Assembly (NCBI GenBank): GCA_011050075.1
Contig: DRGK01000012.1
Coordinates: 771 to 64,770 of the forward strand
Length of the DNA: 64,000 bases
Direction: 5' to 3'
From: Candidatus Jorgensenbacteria bacterium
GTDB lineage: Bacteria; Patescibacteriota; Minisyncoccia; UBA6257; GWB1-50-10
In this document: piece by piece, positions 47,155 to 57,326 of the stretch
How positions within the stretch are numbered: position 1 is the first letter of the stretch
Layout: each line of letters begins with the position of its first letter
The notes under the pieces: generated by a model
What the model saw: only the letters and a program-made list of their open reading frames with translations
What the model was told of the DNA's origin: nothing
The model's database searches: none
Made by a program: the position numbers and the translations under genes

Positions 47155-48912
47155 TTATTTTTGTTGTGATTTTTTCAACTCAAGTACCTGCTCGGGGTCC
47201 GTGGTAATTATCCGGTCTTCAGTATAAGAAGCTACTATTTTCATTGCAACGTGTTTAAGCCCTACAAAAAACAATCCCTCTCCTACACGCGCTTCTAATA
47301 AGAATGACTTCTCACTGTCAGTGAGACCGAAAGCGTCTCCGACTGCATTTATACTTGCAGGAGACTGTTTCATAAGCAATTGAAGTGAAGAATTGGTAAT
47401 AATAGGTTTTCCGTACTCCGAGTTAAAGAAATCCTCCACGTTTTGAGTGATAGTGGTAAGTCCAAGGTAGTATTTTCTAGCCCGTTTTGCCAGTCCGAAA
47501 AGAAATGCAGCGCTATATTTGTACTGCATCATCCACCACGCTTCATCTATAATGAGCAACCGGCGCTTGAGCTCAGAACGCACAAGCGTCCATACAAAAT
47601 TAAGCACAATATACATTGCGATAGGCCGCAACTCTTCTTCAAGGTCACGAATTGAAAACACGATGAAGCGATTGGATATATCAACATCCGTAGCATTATT
47701 TGTGAATCCGGCATACGAACCACGCACATATTTTTCCAAGCGCTGGGCAATTCCTTCCGCCCCTTCGGTATTCTGGAGAATGGTTTGCAAGTCTTCCAAG
47801 AGGGGCGGGTCAAGCTCCTTATTTGTACCAAAAGTTTCTGCAGTAATATCGCGTGCGGCGTATGTTTCAATGATTGCACGGTCGAGCAACGAATCTGCCT
47901 CCGGAGAAAGCTCTCCAACCATAAGTTTAATAAGTCCGGTGAGGTTTAAAACGTGCGATTTGAATACGTTCGCCGGATCCTCGTCTTCCGGGATAAGCGG
48001 TATGTCAAACGGGTTAATGTTATGCGGCGAAGTGAGTGATATCTTGAAAAAACTGCCACCAACGGCATTCGCGAGATTTTGATACTCATTTTCCGGGTCA
48101 ATAACAATAACGTCGGTGCCCATCATGAGCGTTCGCAGTATTTCTAGTTTTGTTGCGTACGACTTTCCGGCGCCTGACTTGGCGAACACAACTTGATTTG
48201 CATTTGGTAGCGCAAAGCGATCGAAAATAATCAGCGAATTATTGTGCATATTGACTCCGTACAACACCCCCTCATCAGAGGTAAGGTTAGGGGACACAAA
48301 AGGAAAAAGAGAGGAAACGGGACCGGTATTGAGAGACGTATGTATGCTTAATTTATCTTGACCAACGGGGAGTACGGTAGTGAAGCCGTCCATTTGCCGA
48401 AAGAGCGCAGGTTTGATATACACTAGTTTTGCCTCAAGCGTGGAAATAATAACCTGCTCAAGCTTGTTGAGTTGTTCAATACTTGAGCCGTACACAGTCA
48501 TATATACTCCAACCTTAAAGAGCCGTTCAGTTCCTTGTTGGAGATCGTCGCGAAGTTTCTCCACGTCGCGATACGCGGTCTCAAGTCGAGGACTGCGCAC
48601 CAACCCCTTGTCTTGGCGTTCGGAGAGCTCTGCTTCTATGTGCGCCACTTTCTTTTGAAAGCCGCGTAGCGCGAGAGGAGTATCCATAGGATGTACGTGA
48701 ATACTGACGTCCATCATTTCGGCGAGGTTGATAATGGGAGAAAACCAACCGCTTGAGATATATCGCGGGTAGGTAAAAATAAAGAATGTTTTCGCAAAAT
48801 AATTACCCAACTTGATATGATTTGATGTTTCCTCAATTCCCGCTGGCGCAACGACATTAACAATATCCTCTTCTAAAGGCTTATTTGGCTGAGGTACTTT
48901 AATATCAGGCAT
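47155..48912 (-). CDS. VirB4-like ATPase
   Basis: FAKSGAGKS Walker A, IDPENEY, INPFD, IIDEAW, KRARKY, TQN. Confidence 0.9.
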   Translation of the reverse strand: MPDIKVPQPNKPLEEDIVNVVAPAGIEETSNHIKLGNYFAKTFFIFTYPRYISSGWFSPIINLAEMMDVSIHVHPMDTPLALRGFQKKVAHIEAELSERQDKGLVRSPRLETAYRDVEKLRDDLQQGTERLFKVGVYMTVYGSSIEQLNKLEQVIISTLEAKLVYIKPALFRQMDGFTTVLPVGQDKLSIHTSLNTGPVSSLFPFVSPNLTSDEGVLYGVNMHNNSLIIFDRFALPNANQVVFAKSGAGKSYATKLEILRTLMMGTDVIVIDPENEYQNLANAVGGSFFKISLTSPHNINPFDIPLIPEDEDPANVFKSHVLNLTGLIKLMVGELSPEADSLLDRAIIETYAARDITAETFGTNKELDPPLLEDLQTILQNTEGAEGIAQRLEKYVRGSYAGFTNNATDVDISNRFIVFSIRDLEEELRPIAMYIVLNFVWTLVRSELKRRLLIIDEAWWMMQYKYSAAFLFGLAKRARKYYLGLTTITQNVEDFFNSEYGKPIITNSSLQLLMKQSPASINAVGDAFGLTDSEKSFLLEARVGEGLFFVGLKHVAMKIVASYTEDRIITTDPEQVLELKKSQQK

Positions 48913-48939
48913 ATGATTTGTGACGAGTAAAGAGAACTA

Positions 48940-49593
48940 TCATTCTTTTGTTTGTGATTCAGCTCTGCGACGCTCGATAAGTTGAGGATTGTAGAGATTG
49001 TAGTAGAGCTCTGTCAACTCATCATCATTAAGGGGGGTTGTGTGTAAGCCAATCTGCTCAAGTCCGGCGGTAACCTCGTCAACGCGATAGTTAAGCTGCT
49101 CAACATGTTTAGGGGCACCGTCTGTTACTTGCTTGTCTTTGTTTTGTTTTTTTGATTTTGAGAATAGCCCGAGAATATTCTTTTTTGCTTGCTCAACAAC
49201 CACAATGGGATCATATGGAATCACGACAAAGAAGTCTTTTGAGATGATAGGGTTTTTTTCGACGAATGAACTGATAAATTCACCATACTCTTCTATTTGC
49301 AGCTGAAGTAGTTCGTTTGGTTCTTCCACTTTCCGCGCTTCAATTTTTTCAAGGTATGCGCTGATATTTATCTTGCGTGAATGAACAAAGAACTGTATAG
49401 AGAAATCTAAAGCGTTCAGAAAGCTTTGAAAACTATTCAGTGTGAGTTGCTGCTCTTCTTGGGATTTGAGGTCAAAATTAATGCCATTTACCATTAATAC
49501 CTTACGCAAGCCACCTTGCTTGAGGTATAAAACACCGTTTTTAATTTCTTTTATAACAACAAATTGTTGCGATGCCGCTATCTGTTCAGCCAT
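48940..49593 (-). CDS. TraC/VirB4 N-terminal-like protein
   Basis: GINFDLKSQEEQ, FLNALDFSIQ, FFVVIPY, LYYNLYNP; lies between the PrgI-like and VirB4 genes. Confidence 0.7.
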   Translation of the reverse strand: MAEQIAASQQFVVIKEIKNGVLYLKQGGLRKVLMVNGINFDLKSQEEQQLTLNSFQSFLNALDFSIQFFVHSRKINISAYLEKIEARKVEEPNELLQLQIEEYGEFISSFVEKNPIISKDFFVVIPYDPIVVVEQAKKNILGLFSKSKKQNKDKQVTDGAPKHVEQLNYRVDEVTAGLEQIGLHTTPLNDDELTELYYNLYNPQLIERRRAESQTKE

Positions 49594-49636
49594 GGTTATT
49601 TCTATTGTACTTGTTTACCTGAATACTTTATAGGGT

Positions 49637-50152
49637 TTATGTATTTTCTTTATAGTCAACTCGTTTTGCAAGTCGCCTTTCGCCGGTGAGATAAGAAACA
49701 ACCTGATACTCATTTCTTTGCCCTCTTTGCTTATCTTTTTTCCTGAAAAGTGGAATGGCGCCAGTGGTAACGTTCAGTGCTGCGGTTTTTATCTTTTCCT
49801 GCAGGCTCATGTTTTGTCGCATGACGTGGATTCTTTCAGCGCTTGAGGCGTCTATAGTTACAGTTGGCAACTCTCGTTTCCATGCGTAGCGTTTAGGTTT
49901 CTGCCAGTACGTGAGTGCGGCGCCAATGAGTGATGGTAGGGGCAAGCCATTTATTTTTACGAACGCTAAACTTAAACCTACCGCACCGACAATTGCGGCA
50001 ATAAGAAAGGATAAAAAAGGAATATTTATAGTGTAGAACGCGAGAATACCTATAGCGGCCGCGCCGCCTATGTAGAAAAACTGAGTGAGCGTAAGCGGCC
50101 CAACAATTTTAGGTTTTTCTTCAATAAATTGTGGAACTTGAAACTGGGGCAT
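49637..50152 (-). CDS. PrgI-family (VirB3-like) membrane protein
   Basis: QFQVPQFIEEKPKIVGPLTLTQF followed by 2 TM. Confidence 0.8.
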   Translation of the reverse strand: MPQFQVPQFIEEKPKIVGPLTLTQFFYIGGAAAIGILAFYTINIPFLSFLIAAIVGAVGLSLAFVKINGLPLPSLIGAALTYWQKPKRYAWKRELPTVTIDASSAERIHVMRQNMSLQEKIKTAALNVTTGAIPLFRKKDKQRGQRNEYQVVSYLTGERRLAKRVDYKENT

Positions 50153-50176
50153 GAAATAAGTTATAGGTGTTGGGTT

Positions 50177-51055
50177 TTAGGTATTAGTGTTACGAAGGTC
50201 AACGGTGTTTCCATCAAGTTTCGGTCCTCGTTCCTTTTTCTGCTTCGCAACCCCACCGCTTTTTAGTGAGGGCGACCGTTGCGTCCCTTGCTCACTTTTT
50301 TGTGGTGGGATGTTTTGATACGGTATAGCCCCTTTGCTCGCAGGACCGAGTTTAGTGAGGTCTATGAATCCTTCTCCCATCATACCACCCGGCACGGGCG
50401 TACGCAGTTCACTATAGTGAACCGTGTGACTACCTCCTTTCTTTTTTGGTGTAGTAATACGAGCGACAGGCGTCTCGCTTTTTATTACTCCTTTTTGTTT
50501 GAATATGCCGGGGGAAAGAATAAAACTTCTCCGCGGAGTTTTTGTTTTTGAAACAGAAACCCGCTCTTCTTGGTGGATGATCTTTGGTTCCTGCGACGTA
50601 ATTGGTGCCAGCGGAACAATTTCCTCCTCTTTTATTTTTGACACTCGTTCTTTGGTGACACCTTCCTTCTGGTAAGTCGTGGCTTTAGTTTTTTTAAGTG
50701 CGATACCTCCTTCTACGTCAATGAGGTCAATGTTAATATCCCAGTCGGAGAGGGACGCTTCTATTGGCTTCAGTATATTTTCTTTGAGCTCTATAGCAAT
50801 GGATTTTGCTTTTTCCGGTCCAATGGTGAGTTCTTGAGATATTGCATCAACGAATTCTGCCGCGTGAAGGTCTTTAACTTCTAATCGGAGAAGAAGCCGC
50901 GGAATAATACGAACCCGTTCTTCTCGAAGCCCCAGTTTTTCATTAAGCTCCATCATAAAGTAGGTGGTTTTCTCTGAACTAATCCAACTGCGGATATCCT
51001 CAGGGACTTCTTGGAGAGTATTCTGGAGAGAACTTTGTGCGAGTGTAATAGCCAT
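50177..51055 (-). CDS. Hypothetical protein, low-complexity C-terminus
   Basis: Long ORF within the cluster; ends GNTVDLR. Confidence 0.65.
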   Translation of the reverse strand: MAITLAQSSLQNTLQEVPEDIRSWISSEKTTYFMMELNEKLGLREERVRIIPRLLLRLEVKDLHAAEFVDAISQELTIGPEKAKSIAIELKENILKPIEASLSDWDINIDLIDVEGGIALKKTKATTYQKEGVTKERVSKIKEEEIVPLAPITSQEPKIIHQEERVSVSKTKTPRRSFILSPGIFKQKGVIKSETPVARITTPKKKGGSHTVHYSELRTPVPGGMMGEGFIDLTKLGPASKGAIPYQNIPPQKSEQGTQRSPSLKSGGVAKQKKERGPKLDGNTVDLRNTNT

Positions 51056-51057
51056 AG

Positions 51058-52890
51058 TTATGCTTGCAAATTAGGATTAGCTTGGATGAATTTCCTGTTC
51101 GCTCTAAGTTGTTTGCGTTCCTCGGCGGACAACTCTTTCTTGTTCATCTTTTTCTCTCCTTCTTCCCATCCTTTCTCCAGGGCTTCTTTTTGTTCTGGAG
51201 AGCCGTGTGAACTAATGCGCTTGAGTTGAGGATGTGAAAGACTAGTGAAGACCTCAGGATTTTTGAGTGCACCCTTGTCTATGTCTGCTGCCTTGTCTGC
51301 CCTAATACCGCTTACAGTTTCCTGAATAGTTGAGCCAAGTTGCTCTGCATAGTCGGGTCTGGTCGATAAGATGTTTTTTGATGTCCCGGTGTCACGTACG
51401 CCTTTGAATAACCTGTCTCGGCTTTCCGGGCTTATTTTATCCATCCGTCCGCGTTCAGCAAGCTCTGCCGCGGTTGCTGCAGCATTAATTGGATTAGCCA
51501 TAGGCCCTGCAAACCCTGCTCTATTGTCAAGATCTGCGTTCGTAATATTTCCAAGCCCTTTCTGACGTTCCTTAACAATATCAGCCAAGCCCGCCTTTGC
51601 TTTACCGATACGTTCAGCAGTTCCCCTGAACGCTCTTCCTACACCAGGAATTCGAGCAAGTCCGCCCGCCGCTCGCTCTGCAAAAGAGGTTGTTTCACCC
51701 CTTTCGTTGGTCTTGGTTCCTGCAGTGAGGGCTCTTCGGCCGAGCGCTCCACCAAGTGCTCCGGCGGCTCCAAGGGGAACTTTTGCTGCCCCAATCGCCT
51801 GTTTCTGAGCCCACTTCCGGCTCGTTTTACCTGCTCCTTGCGCCATCTTTATTGCCGCCCCAGCACCCGCAATACCCATTTTATTAGCCGCAATAAGCCC
51901 TCCCATAAGCAGTGCAGCAATGACCAACATTTGGGACCCCTGTCCCAGAACACCCCCAAGTTCGGGCTGTATATTGGGAATGCTTGACCTATCTGCAAGA
52001 GCCTCCGCGCTCGTAAGTGTAAGAAAGATGAAAAAAGATATTGCGGGCGCAAAGAATACCCATTTAAAGAAACTGCTCCACCAGTCATTAAAATATTTTG
52101 ATAGACCTGGAAGTATCCAGAATAACCACGTTATGGGAGCTAAAATAATAAGAAGTGATAGTATAATAAAACGAGCAAGGAGCATAAATGCGAGAGCAAA
52201 AAAGACAAATGCGGTGAGACCGGTAAAAATAACCGTAAAAACAGTTTTTGTAATATCCGTAATTGCTGCTTCACTGAAGAAAATACTTCCCCCCGCTTTT
52301 GCGCTGGAAGGATCAGGCGGAAGAGGGTCCTCACCCGCACCTGCGACACCCTCAAGATTAAGACGTTGCGGCTGAAACGCGCCGGTAATGACCGTAGAAA
52401 TGCTTGAGGTTTCCGCGCCGATTCTTTCTTTAAGAAAAAAATTTGTAAATACGTTGGAGAAATTGATGATAGTAATTGCTATAACGAAGCTGAAATTTAC
52501 GATGATAGCCGCGGCAATGAGCTTTGGGAGTAATTTCTTAGCTTCATACTCTTTGAAGCGAATAATCGTTGTGAAAGCAATAATGATTATTACTAAGACA
52601 AAACCAAGATTAGCAATATCTCGCACAATACCCCACCCAATCGTAATAAGAGTATTCTCATCGCTAAGGAAATCCATATTAAGACCGAAGGCTATATCAA
52701 CAAGTCCTCCCGCAAAAGAGAGGAGGATGCCGATAATGAAACCTGCGATCGCGCCGAGTATCTTAATAACAAAAGCAACGGTGTCACCGCCTATCTTGAA
52801 GAGCTGACCGTGTACCGGTTGCGGTAAGAGAAGAAGTAGTGCCAAGAGACCGAAGCCTATAGATGTCTTATTTTTTAGAAAACGGTTCAT
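51058..52890 (-). CDS. VirB6/TrbL-like polytopic membrane protein
   Basis: GWGIVRDIAN, LIAAAIIVNFS, LARFIILSLLIILAP, WW..F, Gly/Ala-rich tail. Confidence 0.75.
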   Translation of the reverse strand: MNRFLKNKTSIGFGLLALLLLLPQPVHGQLFKIGGDTVAFVIKILGAIAGFIIGILLSFAGGLVDIAFGLNMDFLSDENTLITIGWGIVRDIANLGFVLVIIIIAFTTIIRFKEYEAKKLLPKLIAAAIIVNFSFVIAITIINFSNVFTNFFLKERIGAETSSISTVITGAFQPQRLNLEGVAGAGEDPLPPDPSSAKAGGSIFFSEAAITDITKTVFTVIFTGLTAFVFFALAFMLLARFIILSLLIILAPITWLFWILPGLSKYFNDWWSSFFKWVFFAPAISFFIFLTLTSAEALADRSSIPNIQPELGGVLGQGSQMLVIAALLMGGLIAANKMGIAGAGAAIKMAQGAGKTSRKWAQKQAIGAAKVPLGAAGALGGALGRRALTAGTKTNERGETTSFAERAAGGLARIPGVGRAFRGTAERIGKAKAGLADIVKERQKGLGNITNADLDNRAGFAGPMANPINAAATAAELAERGRMDKISPESRDRLFKGVRDTGTSKNILSTRPDYAEQLGSTIQETVSGIRADKAADIDKGALKNPEVFTSLSHPQLKRISSHGSPEQKEALEKGWEEGEKKMNKKELSAEERKQLRANRKFIQANPNLQA

Positions 52891-52897
52891 TTATTTA

Positions 52898-54697
52898 CTA
52901 TTCGCTTTCTTCACACTGGGCTAAAGCAGTTCTTGCTTTTCTAAAAAGAAGATCTATTTCTTCTTGGAACACGGCTGTTATACCAAGAGGTGGCTCAAGC
53001 GATGCCTCGGCCCACTCCTTAAGAGAAGTTCGGCGTTCAAAGTTTGTTCCTCTTGTTACCCATTTTGCCTTGTCATTTATTTTTCTATTCAACGAGTTAA
53101 AGGTAAGCTCAACATCTTTCATTGAACTCCCAACCGAGACTGTTCCGACGAGCACTTTTTCCACCACCTTTCGCACTAACAACTCAAGTTTTGACATATC
53201 CAAAGAAGAAACACCGATAAACGAACCTCGTTTTTCGGCTTCTGCGATTGTGCTTGAGACATTGGTTGCGCTTATTTCAAGCCCTTGTAAGCCTTCAATA
53301 GAATTAAAGAACTGTTCAAAGTTGAGCGTTGAGGATGTTATCTGAACGCGGAGGTCGGCGTTTCTGCTTAATGTATCTATTGTTACATTATCGAGCAGCT
53401 TGACCGCTTCCGTATATTGATTAAATGCAGTCGCGAGTTCAGTATCAATATCAGAAAACTGATTCTCACCGATGGCAATTGTTTCTCCCTTGTTTTCAAA
53501 GCACGTTCTCAACTCACCGAGCTTCTCCATCAACTCGTCATTAAGAACTTGAGTGTCTCTAATTGTTTCTACGCCTTCCTCTATCTGTTCTTTTGCGTCT
53601 GTCGCTATGTGTCTACTTAGTTTCTTACTGAAGAATTTCTGTAGACTTTCCCTTATTTTTAAAATAGGTCCAACAGCCTTACATGCTACTTTCACACCAC
53701 CCTCCAAATCATCACAGTTTTTTTGTTGGGTATAATTGCGTTCTGTCGTCGCATATGCAAGCCCTTGCACGGTTTCTTTGGTCAAACGATTAATTCCTGC
53801 ATTAATTGCCGCAGCAAGAATTTGTTGAAGACTTTCCGAGTTTTGCAAATATGCTATATCAGCAAAGAGAGCCTGTGTGATGGCTTCGGATGCGACCTTA
53901 CCCGGTGTAATGGTTTCTGGTTGTGTGCACCCCCAATTTGAACCAATTGGTCGGTCGGTCTTCCCTGTGTATGGAATTCCATCTGGAGTATTATCGTAAA
54001 CTCCCGATCCGGAAGCCGTCATACCAATAGTCCACTCATTCCCCCCTTCGTCCGTATAAGCGGTGATAACCTTCCATTGATTACACCGCTTCTGTCCAAG
54101 AAAACCTGCGCCAATTGTTGCTTCGTAGCGAGCTGTTTCGGTCCTACTATTTGTTCTTCTTAGAAGCTCGTCTTGGGTGAGCAGGGATATCCCTGAGGGA
54201 GTATTTTGTAGCTTAAGCGACTCTTGATATGCAATCCAGCCCCCCGTTTTAAAGTCGTTTTTGAAAGCTCCAATATTTTTCACGATATCGTCTAGCGTAC
54301 AACTCACCCGTTGTGAAAAAATGGGCTGCATAAGTTCGACTCTCAGCTTAAATCTGGATGGTTGATAACAAAGATTTGCCATATCAAGCTCTAAGACAGT
54401 GTCGCCGACAGCGGCCTGGAATGCGTCGCCTATGACACCTTCAAAGTTTTGAATAAATCGAGGATCTTCCTCCCCTTTAATGTATGTTACGATGCTGTCG
54501 GTAATCATATCAAGAAGCCGCTTCTTGAACGTTTCTATAACAGTCTTTATCAAGGTATCCGTTAACCACTCTCCAACTTTCGGTAAATCAATACCTATAT
54601 CAATGACTCCGAGAACGGCATTTGCACGCAAGGGATATGCAACTCCCGTGAGCAGCATAATTAATAGCAAGAAGCTGGCAAGTGCTTGTTTTCCCAT
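52898..54697 (-). CDS. Secreted or membrane hypothetical protein of the T4SS-like cluster
   Basis: Signal peptide, FKNDFKTGGW, ITPG, paired Cys, helical C-terminus. Confidence 0.65.
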   Translation of the reverse strand: MGKQALASFLLLIMLLTGVAYPLRANAVLGVIDIGIDLPKVGEWLTDTLIKTVIETFKKRLLDMITDSIVTYIKGEEDPRFIQNFEGVIGDAFQAAVGDTVLELDMANLCYQPSRFKLRVELMQPIFSQRVSCTLDDIVKNIGAFKNDFKTGGWIAYQESLKLQNTPSGISLLTQDELLRRTNSRTETARYEATIGAGFLGQKRCNQWKVITAYTDEGGNEWTIGMTASGSGVYDNTPDGIPYTGKTDRPIGSNWGCTQPETITPGKVASEAITQALFADIAYLQNSESLQQILAAAINAGINRLTKETVQGLAYATTERNYTQQKNCDDLEGGVKVACKAVGPILKIRESLQKFFSKKLSRHIATDAKEQIEEGVETIRDTQVLNDELMEKLGELRTCFENKGETIAIGENQFSDIDTELATAFNQYTEAVKLLDNVTIDTLSRNADLRVQITSSTLNFEQFFNSIEGLQGLEISATNVSSTIAEAEKRGSFIGVSSLDMSKLELLVRKVVEKVLVGTVSVGSSMKDVELTFNSLNRKINDKAKWVTRGTNFERRTSLKEWAEASLEPPLGITAVFQEEIDLLFRKARTALAQCEESE

Positions 54698-54703
54698 AAA
54701 TTA

Positions 54704-55501
54704 TTATAATTCAGCTAACAGTTCTTCATAGAACTGATTCATTATTGACTGGATATCTTGCTCTTTCTGAATAGCGATTGGAAGCAGCTGCAAAGAAACG
54801 TATGTTTTAGCCGGGTCAGACTTGAAACTGAGAACCCCTTGGTAAATAGCGAGCTTTTCCTGCCACAGATTCAACACCTGAACATGAAGCTCTTTCCATA
54901 TACCCGGCGTTTCAAGTTCCAGAAGATCATCAAGGTAGGCAGGTATGGTATTAATTAGGCTGTCCAACAGTCGCGAGTCACCCTCTTGAAAGAAAGCGTC
55001 AAGAGCGGTAACCGTGTTCTCACCCTCAAATTCACTAAAATGTTCCCACAAAAGTGTATCCAATGACTTTATATAAGCGATTTGATTTTCTATAGAATCA
55101 TCTAATGAAACGACAACGTCCTTTGTGGTGAATTGGGGATAATCGAGAGGGCGCGCTGTTGCCTCCTGAAGTGCCTGTGTCACCCCCTCTTCAGAGAGTA
55201 TAACTTCTCCACCACTTTCAAGTAGGCTATTGGTGAATGACAGCGTTAGAAGCTCGGTGAGATTATCAGAACTTTCTTCGTTTAGTTCTGGCGTAATTGA
55301 AACTTTGGCGGTTTTAGGTCTTAAATCGCCTGATTCAAACTGGAAACTTGGATTATCATTTGCACGAGCAGCAACCACAGAAGCATTACGCTCGTCCACT
55401 TTACTCTTTTGAGGAGTGATTATAAACACACTTGCCGCTAACCCTGCAAGGAGAATAACAAAAGCCGCAATTTTCCTTTTATTTCGCATGGAATACAGCA
55501 T
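54704..55501 (-). CDS. Membrane-anchored hypothetical protein
   Basis: N-terminal TM; first gene of the cluster; TATAAT 9 nt upstream. Confidence 0.65.
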   Translation of the reverse strand: MLYSMRNKRKIAAFVILLAGLAASVFIITPQKSKVDERNASVVAARANDNPSFQFESGDLRPKTAKVSITPELNEESSDNLTELLTLSFTNSLLESGGEVILSEEGVTQALQEATARPLDYPQFTTKDVVVSLDDSIENQIAYIKSLDTLLWEHFSEFEGENTVTALDAFFQEGDSRLLDSLINTIPAYLDDLLELETPGIWKELHVQVLNLWQEKLAIYQGVLSFKSDPAKTYVSLQLLPIAIQKEQDIQSIMNQFYEELLAEL

Positions 55502-55548
55502 GTTATGATAATTATACACGATTTATGTAACGTTCCTAACTGCGTATT

Positions 55549-56190
55549 ATGTCAATGTTTACGAAGCTTTTAAAACTGCCAGGAGGATTAGTTCTTCTTA
55601 CGATTGTTTTGGTTTTTCTTGCCAATATTAATCCTTTTCAACTACACGAAGGTCCATATTATGAGATTTTTGCCGTATTTGGAGCCATGGTGTGGATGTT
55701 GATGGTCTCGCTTATAGTAATCTGGTTCGTTTTCAAAGAAAAAATTGAAGACTATGGATGGATATTACCAAAAAATAAGAGTAAAGCCGTCCTACTTACA
55801 TTTCTTTCAATAACTATTCTTACTCCTGTTATGGTTTTCTTTGGAACACAAGATTCATTCCGAGAATTTTATACTTTGCAAAGTGTTTCTATAGGGAACT
55901 TTTTATTAACGAGCGTGGTCCTGTCCTTTGTATATTATATAGCTGAAGAATTTCTATTCCGCGGATTTCTTTTCTGGGGACTGTTTCATAAAGTTGGATA
56001 CCACAGTTTTTGGATAACGAGTAGCGTGTTCGCTCTGTTTCATATTACGAAGCCCCTACTTGAGATTCCTTTCGCTTTTTTTGCAAGTTTACTATTCTGC
56101 TACCTTTCTTTTAAGACAAAGTCTTTTGTCCCGGCTTTTGTGGTTCATTTTACAATAGCACTTATACTAAATACATTAATTTTCATATGA
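55549..56190 (+). CDS. CPBP (CAAX/Abi) intramembrane metalloprotease
   Basis: AEEFLFRG, FALFH, AFVVH. Confidence 0.9.
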   Translation: MSMFTKLLKLPGGLVLLTIVLVFLANINPFQLHEGPYYEIFAVFGAMVWMLMVSLIVIWFVFKEKIEDYGWILPKNKSKAVLLTFLSITILTPVMVFFGTQDSFREFYTLQSVSIGNFLLTSVVLSFVYYIAEEFLFRGFLFWGLFHKVGYHSFWITSSVFALFHITKPLLEIPFAFFASLLFCYLSFKTKSFVPAFVVHFTIALILNTLIFI

Positions 56191-56970
56191 GAACGTGTGT
56201 ACAAGGTCCTTAACTACGCTCGCAGAGAGTTCTTGAGGACGCATACCAGGATCAAGTCCCGCTCGTTTCAGTTTTACCGAGACTTTTTCCTTAGTAGTTT
56301 CAGTAATTTCCGCGGATAAATTATTGAGAATAGTTTTTCGCGGCTGTTTAAAGAGGGTTTTAATAAATTTGTAGTAGTTTTCGGTCTCTCCGGTCGTTAT
56401 TTTTTGTTCCTTGGTTGTTAGTTTTATTACTGCGCCATCCACTTCCGGTTGTGGCTGATAGTCGGTGCGTGAAATGGTGGTTATGATCTGTGCGTCAGCC
56501 CAGAATTGTACGCTTGCGGCGAGTAGATTCATACGCGGTGGTTGAGCTGAAATGCGCTCCGCAACCTCTTTTTGGATACCGAGTATGGTAATTGTTGGTT
56601 TGTACTCCAATTCGCTTATTATGCGCAGGAGACGACCGGTGATGTAAAATGGAATATTCCCAACGAGTTTGTAGGTACCGGCGTCTAATGTTTTGGTAAT
56701 CTGCGGCAGTATTTTTAGAGCATCGTCGGTGACAATTTCTATGCGGCCATCGTCGCTAAATTTTTTCCTGAGCGCCGTTGCGAGTTTTTCGTCTCGCTCT
56801 ATAAGAACAAGTTTTTTGAAAGTGCCAGAGTGAATAATTTCTTTGGTTACCTCACCATGTCCGGGGCCGATTTCTATAACTATGTCGTGTTTTTCTAGAT
56901 CAAGCGCATCTACAAACTGCTTAATTTTCCGCTCATTTTTCAAGAAATGTTGGCCTAGTCGTCTACGCAT
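56176..56970 (-). CDS. rsmA: 16S rRNA dimethyladenosine transferase
   Basis: LGQHFL, EIGPGHG, VGNIPFYIT, QKEVAER, FKQPRK. Confidence 0.96.
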   Translation of the reverse strand: MRRRLGQHFLKNERKIKQFVDALDLEKHDIVIEIGPGHGEVTKEIIHSGTFKKLVLIERDEKLATALRKKFSDDGRIEIVTDDALKILPQITKTLDAGTYKLVGNIPFYITGRLLRIISELEYKPTITILGIQKEVAERISAQPPRMNLLAASVQFWADAQIITTISRTDYQPQPEVDGAVIKLTTKEQKITTGETENYYKFIKTLFKQPRKTILNNLSAEITETTKEKVSVKLKRAGLDPGMRPQELSASVVKDLVHTFSYEN

Positions 56971-57150
56971 AGGTTTGTCTTTTACCTTTTATACAATAAA
57001 ATAAAGGGTGAAGGGATTTACTCTTATTGTATCGTATTGTATAACAAAAGAGTCTTTCCTATTTACTCCTCATTTGCTCCTGTAAGCTATACTTGCAGGA
57101 GCGGCATTCGGAAAAGATAGAAACTTACATTTCAATCTTTCTCCTCATTT

Positions 57151-57222
57151 GCCCCTGTAGTTCAAGGGATAGAACAAGCCCCTCCTAAGGGCTAGATCTC
57201 CGTTCGATTCGGGGCAGGGGCA
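57151..57222 (+). tRNA. tRNA-Arg(CCT), CCA not encoded
   Basis: GCCCCTG...AGCCC-CTCCTAA-GGGCT...GTTCGATTC...CAGGGGCA. Confidence 0.95.
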
Positions 57223-57228
57223 CAGGTA

Positions 57229-57320
57229 GGTGGGGTGGCTGAGTCCGGTCGAAGGCGCCGCACTCGAAATGCGGTATGCCCGAAAGGGTATCGTGGGTTC
57301 GAATCCCACCCCCACCGCCA
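57229..57320 (+). tRNA. tRNA-Ser(CGA), CCA encoded
   Basis: GGTGGGG...CCGCA-CTCGAAA-TGCGG, long variable arm, GGTTCGAATCC, ends GCCA. Confidence 0.95.
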
Positions 57321-57326
57321 TGATTT

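Noticed and set aside
44147-55501. Integrative conjugative element or prophage
   Set aside because: No integrase, relaxase, att repeats or phage structural genes were seen; the cluster is flanked by core genes.
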